In this document: piece by piece, positions 18,070 to 26,169 of the stretch
Layout: each line of letters starts with the position of its first letter
Position numbering within the stretch: position 1 is the first letter of the stretch
NCBI GenBank assembly: GCA_963704705.1
Contig: OY969931.1
Span: 1,020,001-1,052,000, forward strand
Direction of reading: 5' to 3'
DNA length: 32,000 nt
Origin: an uncultured bacterium
GTDB lineage: Bacteria > Patescibacteriota > Gracilibacteria > UBA1369 > PNNO01
The notes under the pieces: model-generated
The model's database searches: none
The model's input: only the letters and a program-made list of their open reading frames with translations
Told to the model about the DNA's origin: nothing
Position numbers and translations under genes: made by a program

Positions 18070-20331
18070 TTAATCTAAATAAATTTCACGAGGTTTCGCG
18101 CCGTTTGATGGACCAATTACTCCGTTCTCCTCAAGTTCATCCAATAAACGTGCTGCTCTGGCATATCCTACTTTAAGACGTCTTTGTAACAAAGATGCTG
18201 AAGCTTTTCTGTTCTCCTGAATCACTTCAATCGCCTGCTTGTACATTTCATCGTCTGAATCTCCAAAATTACTGTCAGGCACACCGTTTAATTTTTGTCC
18301 TGCAACTTTTGCTGAAATAATTTCATTATCATATTCAGGTTCAATTGTTAATTTAACTCTGTTTGTAACTGCTTCAATTTCAGCTGATGAAATATAAATT
18401 CCCTGAACTCTGAGCGGTTTATTCATACCGCTAGGTAAATAGAGCATGTCTCCTTTTCCAAGAAGATCTTCTGCACCAACTCCATCTAAAATTGTTCGTG
18501 AATCAATAGAAGAACTTACAGCAAATGAAATTCTCGCTGGAATGTTTGCTTTAATTAAACCTGTGATTACATCAACAGAAGGTCTTTGAGTTGCTATTAC
18601 CAAATGTATTCCAACTGCTCGTGCCATTTGTGCGATTCTGCAAATTGATGCTTCAACTTCTTTTCCGGCTGCCATCATCAAATCAGCCAACTCATCAATC
18701 ACCACAACTATTGTACTCATTTTATCTTCAATTGCAGGGTCAGCATTATAATCGGTTATGTTACGTTTTCCTTTATCAGCACAATCCGTATAACGTCTGT
18801 TCATTTCAGCTACACACCATCTTAAAGCTATTGCTGCTTTTTCAGGGTCATTAATTACCGGAGTTAATAAATGAGGAATTGAATTGTAAGCTTTAAGTTC
18901 AACCTGTTTTGGATCGATTAATATCATTTTTAAATCAAGCGGTGAGTTCTGATACAAAAGTGAAATCAATAAAGTATTCATTCCAACTGATTTACCACTG
19001 CCGGTTGCACCTGCAATAAGCAAATGCGGCATACTTTTTAAATCCGCAATAATAGGCTGACCTGAAACATTGCGTCCAAGAGGGAATTTTAAATTTGAAT
19101 CGCCTTTTTTAAATTCAGGTGATTCAATAATTTCTCTAAGTTTAACCATTGACCGATGTTCATTCGGAACCTCAATTCCAACCAAAGCCTGGCCAGGAAT
19201 TGGTGCTTCTATACGAACAGAAGGCGCTGCCAATGCAAGTGCCAAATCATTCTTTAATGAAGTAATTTTAGAAAGCTTAACTCCTTCATGAGGCTTTAAA
19301 GTATATTGAATTACAGTAGGACCCACATGCACTTCATGCATTGTTACATCAATGCCAAACTGCTCAAGTTTTGTTCTGATTTTTTCAGCATTTTTCATTA
19401 ACACATCATCATCTGATTCAATTTCAGTTACTCCACCTTCAAGCAAATCGAGCGAAGGAAATTCCCAATCAGCATAATCCTGTTCTTTTTCTTTTCCTGC
19501 ATCTTCTGCAATTTCTTCTTCTTTAGCTGCATTTTTAATTTGCACTTTTTTCTTCTCTGATTCTTCTTCTAAATATTTATCTTCATCTTCATTAACTTCA
19601 GTAACCGGTTGAGCTCTTTTAATTCTAATTTCTGATTCACGGCCTCCGTAAATAGCCTTTAATACATCATCATTAGCAAGTTCAACATTGTCAGAACTGA
19701 TTTCACGTTCGTTTTTACTTCTTTTTTCCGCTGGTTTCTTCTCAATTTTAATTTCAGGTTTAAAGAATCTTGCTAATTCACCCAATGATATTTCAAATGT
19801 TAATAAAATTGAAATAAGCGCTACTCCAACAAAAATTACAGCTGAACCAACATTCCCTATACTCAACATTTCACGCATAAAAAAGTTGGTTACAAAACCA
19901 ACATAACCTCCATACTGACCCTGTTGCGCAACAGTCAGCACATTTTCAATAGGAACAGCCAGATGCACAATGCTTAATATTGAAAGTACCATTAAAACAA
20001 CTCCTACTGTTCTGGATAAGCCGAAAGTCACATTTCGCGCAAAGAAAAGCATTAAAGTTATAAGTAAAAATAGCGGTGGAATCATATAAATCCCCCAACC
20101 TAAAATCGGCTGCAATAATCCTACCCATATTTCACCAACAATACCAAATGATCCCTGAATACTTAAAAATGTTACAGCTGCGAATATAAAGTATATAACC
20201 GCTGTAATATCTCTTGCTACTGATGATTTTACCTCAAATTTCAGATTACTGCCCGAATTTCTTTTACGTTTGCTTGATTTAGCTGATTTTGATGTTCTTG
20301 AAGATTTTTTAACTTTTCTTGTTCTAGGCAT
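18070..20331 (-). CDS. ftsK: DNA translocase FtsK/SpoIIIE
   Basis: Basic N-terminus, 4-5 TM helices and an acidic linker. Motor domain with Walker A GATGSGKSVGMN and Walker B VVVIDELADLMM. C-terminal winged-helix gamma domain (ASASLLQRRLKVGYARAARLLDELEENGVIGP). Confidence 0.92.
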   Translation of the reverse strand: MPRTRKVKKSSRTSKSAKSSKRKRNSGSNLKFEVKSSVARDITAVIYFIFAAVTFLSIQGSFGIVGEIWVGLLQPILGWGIYMIPPLFLLITLMLFFARNVTFGLSRTVGVVLMVLSILSIVHLAVPIENVLTVAQQGQYGGYVGFVTNFFMREMLSIGNVGSAVIFVGVALISILLTFEISLGELARFFKPEIKIEKKPAEKRSKNEREISSDNVELANDDVLKAIYGGRESEIRIKRAQPVTEVNEDEDKYLEEESEKKKVQIKNAAKEEEIAEDAGKEKEQDYADWEFPSLDLLEGGVTEIESDDDVLMKNAEKIRTKLEQFGIDVTMHEVHVGPTVIQYTLKPHEGVKLSKITSLKNDLALALAAPSVRIEAPIPGQALVGIEVPNEHRSMVKLREIIESPEFKKGDSNLKFPLGRNVSGQPIIADLKSMPHLLIAGATGSGKSVGMNTLLISLLYQNSPLDLKMILIDPKQVELKAYNSIPHLLTPVINDPEKAAIALRWCVAEMNRRYTDCADKGKRNITDYNADPAIEDKMSTIVVVIDELADLMMAAGKEVEASICRIAQMARAVGIHLVIATQRPSVDVITGLIKANIPARISFAVSSSIDSRTILDGVGAEDLLGKGDMLYLPSGMNKPLRVQGIYISSAEIEAVTNRVKLTIEPEYDNEIISAKVAGQKLNGVPDSNFGDSDDEMYKQAIEVIQENRKASASLLQRRLKVGYARAARLLDELEENGVIGPSNGAKPREIYLD

Positions 20332-20400
20332 GAATTGATTTATTAATACTGGATATAATTTTAAACATAAAACAGAGAAAATTGCAAGTTGATAACATAG

Positions 20401-20433
20401 AAAAATGGCCCAGGGTTCGCTACGTCCTGGGCC
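20401..20433 (-). terminator. intrinsic-terminator-like hairpin at the ftsK-proximal end of the G+C-rich block
   Basis: An 8-bp GC-rich stem ggcccagg (20407-20414) / cctgggcc (20426-20433) with an 11-nt loop. On the minus strand it is followed by ATTTTTCT (20406-20399). Confidence 0.5.
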
Positions 20434-20890
20434 GACTCTGAGAAGTCATCAATCTGCTGGACCCCTATTTTGTGGGCCTTTAACGCTAACATCCTTGGTG
20501 TGAGGAGATGCGCTTTTATATCCAGCAAATCTTCCTTTCTCAGAGCACCCTGTTCGGTACTAACAACTAGCATTGTCCTTGCAACGACACACATTTTTTT
20601 ACGCTTTTTTTCGGCGAGCAGTCATGCCAGCCACACAAGAAGGGAGGCTAACTTCAGGGGGCACATGCATTTCACCTGTTTCGCCGCATTCCAGGAGCGG
20701 AAGCAGGAAACACCCCTGGTGAGTGTGGGGTCGGACACTCAGACCGGCTACTCCAGGTCTTCTTGCTCATACCGGAAGATGAACAACAGGGGGAAAGTCT
20801 GCGTTCATCAACGGTTCCACAAGCAGCTCAAACCTTTTTGCGTAATTTGGTTGGGATCGTTCGAAGGACGTTGCTGTTCCTAGTCGCTAA
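20401..20890 (-). ncRNA. unclassified G+C-rich structured-RNA candidate (strand tentative)
   Basis: About 51% G+C by hand count against AT-rich surroundings, with no credible ORF. It has several nested perfect 6-10 bp helices and a terminator-like 3' end on the minus strand. I recognise no family. Details are in the findings. Confidence 0.4.
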
Positions 20891-21062
20891 GAAATTACTT
20901 AATCTATGAACAGGGATTTCAAACATTCTCACATAAATAGAAATACAATCGAAAACATCGATATATCAACTATATTAAAGTGGTAATGGATTTTATAATT
21001 AAATCCGATTCAAAGTCAATTGGATTTCTGCTATTATTACACGCGAATTAATCTTTATAAAA

Positions 21063-22649
21063 ATGATTCGAACACGTTTTGCACCATCACCAACAGGATA
21101 TCTGCATGTAGGAGGCCTCCGAACCGCTTTGTACAGCTATTTATTGGCTAAAAAAAATAACGGTCAATTCATATTAAGAATAGAAGATACAGACCAAAAA
21201 CGTGAAGTTGAGGGTGCAACAGCTCATTTAATTGAAATGCTTGAATGGGCTGGATTGAATCCGGATGAAGGTCCAAGTAAAGGTGGCCCTTTTAAGCCAT
21301 ATATTCAATCGCAAAGGACTGAAATATATAAAAAATATGCAGAAGAATTATTGGAAAAAGGCCATGCTTATAGATGTTTTTGCACAGCTGAAAGACTTAC
21401 AGAAATGCGCGAACAACAGGAAAAAGCCAAAAAAGCACCAATGTACGACAGACATTGTCTTTATTTAAGTGATGAAGAAATCCAAAAAAATCTGGATGAA
21501 GGAAAACCCTTTGTTGTACGCCAAAAAATTCCATTAGAAAAACTGGTTAAATTTAAAGATTTGGTTCGCGGAAACGTAACTTTTGCAGCAAAAACACTTG
21601 ATGATCAGGTTTTATTAAAATCTGACGGATTTCCTACCTATCAACTTGCTAATGTAATTGATGATCATTTGATGGAAATAACTCATGTTATAAGAGGCGA
21701 AGAATGGCTTCCATCAACACCAAAACACATACTTTTATATGAAGCTTTAAAATGGAATCCACCTGAATTTGCGCACATTCCCCTGCTTTTAAACAAAGAT
21801 CGCAGCAAATTAAGTAAGCGTCAGGGCGATGTTTCTGTTGAAGATTATATTAATAAAGGTTATTTAAAAGAAGCTATCATTAATTTTATTGCATTTTTGG
21901 GGTGGCATCCGGGAGGAGACAGTGAAACTGAAATTTTCAACCTTGAAGAACTGGTTGAACACTTCAGTTTAGAAAAAGTTCATAAAGCCGGAGCTATTTT
22001 TGACCTTGAAAAACTTGATTGGTTCAATTGGCAATGGAAACGAAGAATTTTCCATGACGATTTACATGAATTTGCAAAAAAACTCGACCAGAAAGTTGAA
22101 ATTCACAGTCCTAAAAAAGGAGAATTTATTTATAATTTTTCTGATAAGAAAATTGCACATGAATTCTTTTTACACAGAACAGATGAGCTTAAAAAAATGT
22201 GCTTTAATTCGCTTGCAGATGCCTATAAACAAGAAGACGAAAAACTACGTAAAGCACTTGTAACAGTTGAAGAAAAAGTTCTCAGAGATCATAAAAATAT
22301 AAATGAGTATATTAAATTTTATTTTGAAGATATTGATTACGGAGTTGAACTTTTGACTCATGAAAAAATGAAGGTGGATTTTGAAACAGCGAGTACTTCC
22401 CTATCTAAAATTTTGGAGAAATTTGAAAATTTTGATGATTTTGATGACGAAGAAAAAATAAAAGAACTTTTAATAGGTGTTGTTGAAGAAACAGGGCTAA
22501 AAAACGGTCAAATATTTTGGCCATTGCGTTCAGCTTTAACAGGTGAACAGTTCTCTCCTGGTGTTTTTGAAGTTGCATGGGTTATAGGAAAAGATTTATG
22601 TTTGGAGCGCATTAAAAAAGCGTTAGAAAAGCTTGAAAAAGCATCTTAG
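21063..22649 (+). CDS. gltX: glutamate--tRNA ligase
   Basis: IRTRFAPSPTGYLHVGGLRTALYSY (HIGH region) and KLSKRQG (KMSKS-type). A zinc-binding-like CFC...C segment is present. Length is 528 aa. Confidence 0.93.
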   Translation: MIRTRFAPSPTGYLHVGGLRTALYSYLLAKKNNGQFILRIEDTDQKREVEGATAHLIEMLEWAGLNPDEGPSKGGPFKPYIQSQRTEIYKKYAEELLEKGHAYRCFCTAERLTEMREQQEKAKKAPMYDRHCLYLSDEEIQKNLDEGKPFVVRQKIPLEKLVKFKDLVRGNVTFAAKTLDDQVLLKSDGFPTYQLANVIDDHLMEITHVIRGEEWLPSTPKHILLYEALKWNPPEFAHIPLLLNKDRSKLSKRQGDVSVEDYINKGYLKEAIINFIAFLGWHPGGDSETEIFNLEELVEHFSLEKVHKAGAIFDLEKLDWFNWQWKRRIFHDDLHEFAKKLDQKVEIHSPKKGEFIYNFSDKKIAHEFFLHRTDELKKMCFNSLADAYKQEDEKLRKALVTVEEKVLRDHKNINEYIKFYFEDIDYGVELLTHEKMKVDFETASTSLSKILEKFENFDDFDDEEKIKELLIGVVEETGLKNGQIFWPLRSALTGEQFSPGVFEVAWVIGKDLCLERIKKALEKLEKAS

Positions 22650-22682
22650 AACACTTAAAATTGTACTACTTAATATCAATAC

Positions 22683-22979
22683 ATGCATTTTGAGAATATA
22701 AAAGAAGTTGTCAGGCATTTAAAAAAGACTTTGCCATGCAAAAACTGTAAAAAAATTTACAGATATAAAGACATAAGCGTGGTTGTTGCCACTCCAAACG
22801 AAGGAATTTTTGCATTAAGATGTAATAAATGTAAACTTACAACATTGGCAGAGGTATCAATAAATTCCGAAAGAGAACATCGCTCGATTGTAACAAAAAA
22901 CGATGTATCTCAAATGCACGAATTTCTTGAAACCTTTAATGGAGATTTCAAATCATTATTTAATTCATCTAAAAAATAA
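22683..22979 (+). CDS. hypothetical zinc-ribbon protein
   Basis: 98 aa with two CxxC pairs (CKNCKK ... CNKCK). I recognise no further family. Confidence 0.5.
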   Translation: MHFENIKEVVRHLKKTLPCKNCKKIYRYKDISVVVATPNEGIFALRCNKCKLTTLAEVSINSEREHRSIVTKNDVSQMHEFLETFNGDFKSLFNSSKK

Positions 22980-22982
22980 CCT

Positions 22983-23246
22983 ATGAAAAAACTTATTTCT
23001 GTAATTTTTACCAGCATTTTGCTTATAACTATTACAGGGTGCCAGGAAGCACAAAATCTTGCTGATGATGCAAAAAAATCAGCAGACAATCTTACAAACG
23101 GCGTAATGGAAACTAAAGATAATATTGAAAATACTGTTGATGGAGTAAAAAATGCAGCAGATCAGGTAAATAATACTGTAAACGGTATCAAAGATACTAC
23201 CAAGGGCATCTCTGATGCTTTGGGAGGCGATAAAGATAATGAATAA
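22983..23246 (+). CDS. small lipoprotein (predicted)
   Basis: Signal peptide with lipobox MKKLISVIFTSILLITITGC. The mature part is an Asn/Asp/Lys-rich, loosely repetitive sequence (N.V.G[VI]K units). Confidence 0.6.
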   Translation: MKKLISVIFTSILLITITGCQEAQNLADDAKKSADNLTNGVMETKDNIENTVDGVKNAADQVNNTVNGIKDTTKGISDALGGDKDNE

Positions 23247-23949
23247 ATTCAAAGTACAATTTCACGCTCATACAAAAAGTGATCCAGAGGATTGCTTATT
23301 TCATACTGATAAAGATTTAATTGATGAAGCAAGTAAGCATGGATACGATGTTTTGGCTATAACATGCCATAATAAAATTGTTTTTAATAAAGAACTTGAA
23401 GAATATGCCAAGCAAAAAAACATTCTTTTAATTCCGGGAATTGAAAAAAGTGTTTGCAAGAATCATGTAGTTATTATTAATGCAAAACCCGAAGCTGAAA
23501 ATATTCACGACTTTGAAGCTTTGGAAAAATATAAAAATGAAAATCCTGATTCTTTGATTTTTGCTGCACATCCTTATCATCCATTCCCTCTTGGTGTTTT
23601 GAGTCTTAAATCAAATCTCGATAAATATAATCATTTATTTGATGCAATTGAGTACAGCAGTTTCTATTCAAAAAACTTTGATTTTAATCAAAAAGCGGTT
23701 GCTGCTGCAAAAAAATATAATAAACCAATGATCGGAACAGCTGATAATCATGTTCTTGAATTTTTGAATCATACTTATTCTTATGTTTACGCTCCTTCCA
23801 AATCAAAAGAAGATATAATAAACGCTATTAAAAAGGGAAATGTTGAAATTATGAGCAAACCGATGAATTTATTGAGAATAGCTGTGATGACTCTTAGACT
23901 TACATTTTTAGAATATGGACGGAAATTTATAAACCTTTTTAGAAATTAG
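23239..23949 (+). CDS. PHP-domain metal-dependent phosphoesterase
   Basis: MNKFKVQFHAHTKSD has the HxH motif. Later His/Asp positions fit a PHP fold (ITCHN, AAHPYHP, GTADNH). The start is moved to the ATG at 23239, which overlaps the lipoprotein stop (ATGAATAA), rather than 23215. Confidence 0.7.
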   Translation: MNKFKVQFHAHTKSDPEDCLFHTDKDLIDEASKHGYDVLAITCHNKIVFNKELEEYAKQKNILLIPGIEKSVCKNHVVIINAKPEAENIHDFEALEKYKNENPDSLIFAAHPYHPFPLGVLSLKSNLDKYNHLFDAIEYSSFYSKNFDFNQKAVAAAKKYNKPMIGTADNHVLEFLNHTYSYVYAPSKSKEDIINAIKKGNVEIMSKPMNLLRIAVMTLRLTFLEYGRKFINLFRN

Positions 23950-23951
23950 TC

Positions 23952-23971
23952 GCTTTAAATAAAGGCTTTTT
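23952..23971 (+). terminator. weak intrinsic terminator after the PHP gene
   Basis: gcttt-aaata-aaggc (5 bp including one G-U) followed by TTTTT (23967-23971). The stem is short, so this is tentative. Confidence 0.3.
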
Positions 23972-23973
23972 CG

Positions 23974-23982
23974 TGGTATAAT
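23974..23982 (+). promoter_or_regulatory. extended -10 promoter element upstream of pta
   Basis: TGgTATAAT at 23974-23982, 26 nt before the pta ATG. The -35 is poor (TTTAAA). Confidence 0.35.
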
Positions 23983-24007
23983 ATATTGAAATAATTAATA
24001 TAAAATC

Positions 24008-25021
24008 ATGAAAAGTTTTTTACGTTACGTTAAAACAATTGCCAAACAAAACCCTAAAAGAATTGTTATGCCCGAAGGGTTTGAACCGCGCGTTCTTAAA
24101 GCTACCGAAGTAGTTTTAAAAGAAAAAACAGCTTACCCGATTTTAGTTGGCGACCCTGCTGAATTGAAAGAATTGGCTAAAAAGTACGGTGCAAAAATAA
24201 ACTGGAATAAAGTGGAAGTTGTAAATAATAAAGATCCTGAGGTAATAAAAAGATATGCAAAAAAATTCTATGAATTAAGAAAAGAAAAAGGAGTTACAGA
24301 AGAAGATGCAATGAAAATAGTACAAAGTTTTAATTATTTTGGAACTATGATGGTGTATATGGGTGATGCTGATGGAATGGTTTCAGGTACAACATATTCA
24401 ACCGCTGAAACTATCAGGCCTGCATTGCAAATAATTAAAACAAAAGAAAAATTTCATAAAGTGTCAGGAGTTTTCTTTTTGGTTTTGGAAAACAGATTGT
24501 TATTATTTGCAGATACTGCGGTAACTATAGATCCAAATTCACATGACCTGGCTGATATAGCTATTGATACCGCTGAAACAGCAATGAAATTCGGTTTAGA
24601 ACCTAAAATAGCCATGCTTTCTTTTTCAACTGCAGGAAGCGCAAAACATCCTTTTGTTGATAAAGTCCGTGAAGCAACAGCGCTTGTAAGAAACGAAAAA
24701 CCCGAGCTAGTTGTTGAAGGAGAAATGCAGGTTGATGCAGCTTTAGTAAAAGATGTATGTGAAAAAAAATTCCCAAATTCAGTACTTAAAGGTAATGCTA
24801 ATATTTTAATTTTCCCTGATTTGCAGGCTGGCAATATCGCATATAAGTTAGTTGAAAGACTTGCAAAAGCAAAAGCTATCGGACCTCTTCTGCAAGGGCT
24901 TAAAAAACCTATAAACGACTTGTCGCGCGGTTGCAATTATAAAGATATTTCCAATTTAGTTGCATTCACAACTTTGGAAGCTGCTGATAAAAAAATTAAG
25001 CACAAAAAATTCTTATCATGA
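24008..25021 (+). CDS. pta: phosphate acetyltransferase
   Basis: 337 aa PTA_PTB-only form. DGMVSGTTYSTAETIRPALQIIKT and PDLQAGNIAYKLVERLA are typical family strings. Confidence 0.9.
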   Translation: MKSFLRYVKTIAKQNPKRIVMPEGFEPRVLKATEVVLKEKTAYPILVGDPAELKELAKKYGAKINWNKVEVVNNKDPEVIKRYAKKFYELRKEKGVTEEDAMKIVQSFNYFGTMMVYMGDADGMVSGTTYSTAETIRPALQIIKTKEKFHKVSGVFFLVLENRLLLFADTAVTIDPNSHDLADIAIDTAETAMKFGLEPKIAMLSFSTAGSAKHPFVDKVREATALVRNEKPELVVEGEMQVDAALVKDVCEKKFPNSVLKGNANILIFPDLQAGNIAYKLVERLAKAKAIGPLLQGLKKPINDLSRGCNYKDISNLVAFTTLEAADKKIKHKKFLS

Positions 25022-26169
25022 ATATTTTAGTAATAAATGCAGGTTCATCTTCACTTAAATTCCAGTTATTAAACAAAAAACTGGAGCCTATATTTAAAGG
25101 GATAGTTGATGGAATTGGAAAAGATGCCTGTTTTGTTAAATACAATGACAAAATATATAAAAAGAAAATTAAAAATCATGAACAAGCAGTAAAAGAAGCA
25201 CTTTCAATAATTGGTGATAATAAAATAGATGCAATTGGCCATCGTGTTGTTCATGGCGGAGAAAAATATCATGATGCTACTTTGATTACACCAAAAGTTA
25301 TTAAAGAAATTGAAAATTTGATAGAACTTGCACCGCTTCACAATCCACCAAACCTTGAAGGAATAAAAGCATGTAAAAAATTATTAAAAGGAATTCCAAA
25401 TGTAGCTATTTTTGATACTGCATTTCATCAAACCATTCCAAAAAAAGCATACACTTATGCAATTCCACAAAAATATTATAAAAAATACAGCATAAGGCGC
25501 TATGGTTTTCACGGTACCTCTCATAAATATATAGCTAATGAAACTTATAAATTATTGAAATCTAAAAAAGGTAAAATCATAACCTGTCATCTTGGTAATG
25601 GTTCTAGTATAAGCGCAATTAAAGATGGAAAATGTATTGATACTTCCATGGGGTTTACTCCATTGGAGGGTGTGCCTATGGGAACGAGAAGTGGATCAAT
25701 TGATCCGGCAATCGTCTTTTATTTAATGGAAAAAGAAAGAATTTCCACAGATGAAATCGACACAATCCTTAATAAAAAATCAGGTATTTTAGCGGTTAGT
25801 GAAATAAGTAATGATGTAAGAGATATCCGGGCAAAAGCAAAACAAAAAAATAAAGCAGCATTATTCACTTTAGAATATCTTGCATATAAAATAGCTCTTA
25901 AAATTGGCGCATACGCCGCGGCACTCAATGGTGTTGATGCAATAACTTTTACAGCAGGCATTGGTCAAAATGCATGGTATTTAAGAAGAGATATTTGTAA
26001 TTATTTAAAATATCTTGGAGTAAGATTAGATAATGTAAAAAATAGAAAGTCAAAAATTAAAATTTATGATAAGATGAGCAAAGTGAAAGTTTTCGTTATA
26101 AAAACTGATGAAGGCCTTCAAATTGCCCACGAAGTAAAAAAAATACTTAACAAAAAAATTCATGATTAA
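25018..26169 (+). CDS. ackA: acetate kinase
   Basis: MNILVINAGSSSLKFQL, GHRVVHGG, FDTAFHQTIP, RYGFHGTSH. It overlaps the pta stop by 4 nt. Confidence 0.93.
   Translation: MNILVINAGSSSLKFQLLNKKLEPIFKGIVDGIGKDACFVKYNDKIYKKKIKNHEQAVKEALSIIGDNKIDAIGHRVVHGGEKYHDATLITPKVIKEIENLIELAPLHNPPNLEGIKACKKLLKGIPNVAIFDTAFHQTIPKKAYTYAIPQKYYKKYSIRRYGFHGTSHKYIANETYKLLKSKKGKIITCHLGNGSSISAIKDGKCIDTSMGFTPLEGVPMGTRSGSIDPAIVFYLMEKERISTDEIDTILNKKSGILAVSEISNDVRDIRAKAKQKNKAALFTLEYLAYKIALKIGAYAAALNGVDAITFTAGIGQNAWYLRRDICNYLKYLGVRLDNVKNRKSKIKIYDKMSKVKVFVIKTDEGLQIAHEVKKILNKKIHD

Noticed and set aside
20691-20719. SRP RNA helix 8 (ccaggagcGGAAgcaggaaacacccctgg has a GGAA tetraloop)
   Set aside because: The near-universal flanking pattern (GUCAGGUCC GGAA GGAAGCAGC, with the 3'-side AGCA) is not reproduced; the sequence here is AGGAAACA. 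The similarity is suggestive only and needs cmscan. I am not calling it.
20789-20803. Second RNase P-like CR-I motif (gggggaaagtctgcg), with cagaccggcta at 20740-20750 resembling CR-V
   Set aside because: The order of the two motifs is reversed relative to RNase P RNA, only about 5 bp could pair, and the other conserved regions are absent. A complete rnpB already exists at 11976-12439.
20774-20817. Group II intron domain V-like hairpin (ggaagatgaac ... gaaagtc ... gttcatcaacggttcc)
   Set aside because: Domain V is a 34-nt hairpin with a GNRA tetraloop and a 2-nt bulge. Here the loop is 18 nt and the catalytic AGC triad context is missing. There is no intron-encoded protein and no 5' GUGYG.
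20361-20883. Track ORFs 20470..20883 (+, 137 aa) and 20361..20594 (-, 77 aa) as protein genes
   Set aside because: They overlap each other antisense inside the G+C island and have a Cys/Ser/Arg/His-rich composition unlike every credible protein in the window. They lack upstream translation signals and match no motif I know.
20401-20890. tmRNA (ssrA) as the identity of the G+C-rich block
   Set aside because: Neither strand has a tRNA-like end. The TTCGA-containing sites (20414, 20859) are not flanked by a complementary 5-bp T-stem with a 7-nt loop. There is no acceptor complement or CCA. The only short tag-like frames end in ...RRKKA, ...QGQC or ...NASC rather than a hydrophobic Ala-rich tag. 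A local resemblance to the tmRNA 5' region (gcgaaac..aggtg..catg on the minus strand near 20660-20685) is not supported by the rest.
20900-21062. T-box leader regulating gltX
   Set aside because: No T-box sequence (AAnnnGGGTGGTACCGCG-like) and no terminator/antiterminator pair directly upstream of gltX. The structured block ends about 170 nt before the start codon and appears to terminate toward ftsK.
24454-24936. 160 aa antisense ORF inside pta, and similar nested antisense ORFs (1353..1646, 8206..8502, 8566..8871, 13196..13417, 16586..16879, 19070..19291, 29454..29744 and others)
   Set aside because: Each is fully embedded antisense or out of frame within a gene that has strong family motifs. 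Their compositions are low-complexity (Ser/Leu/Phe-rich), as expected for shadow ORFs.
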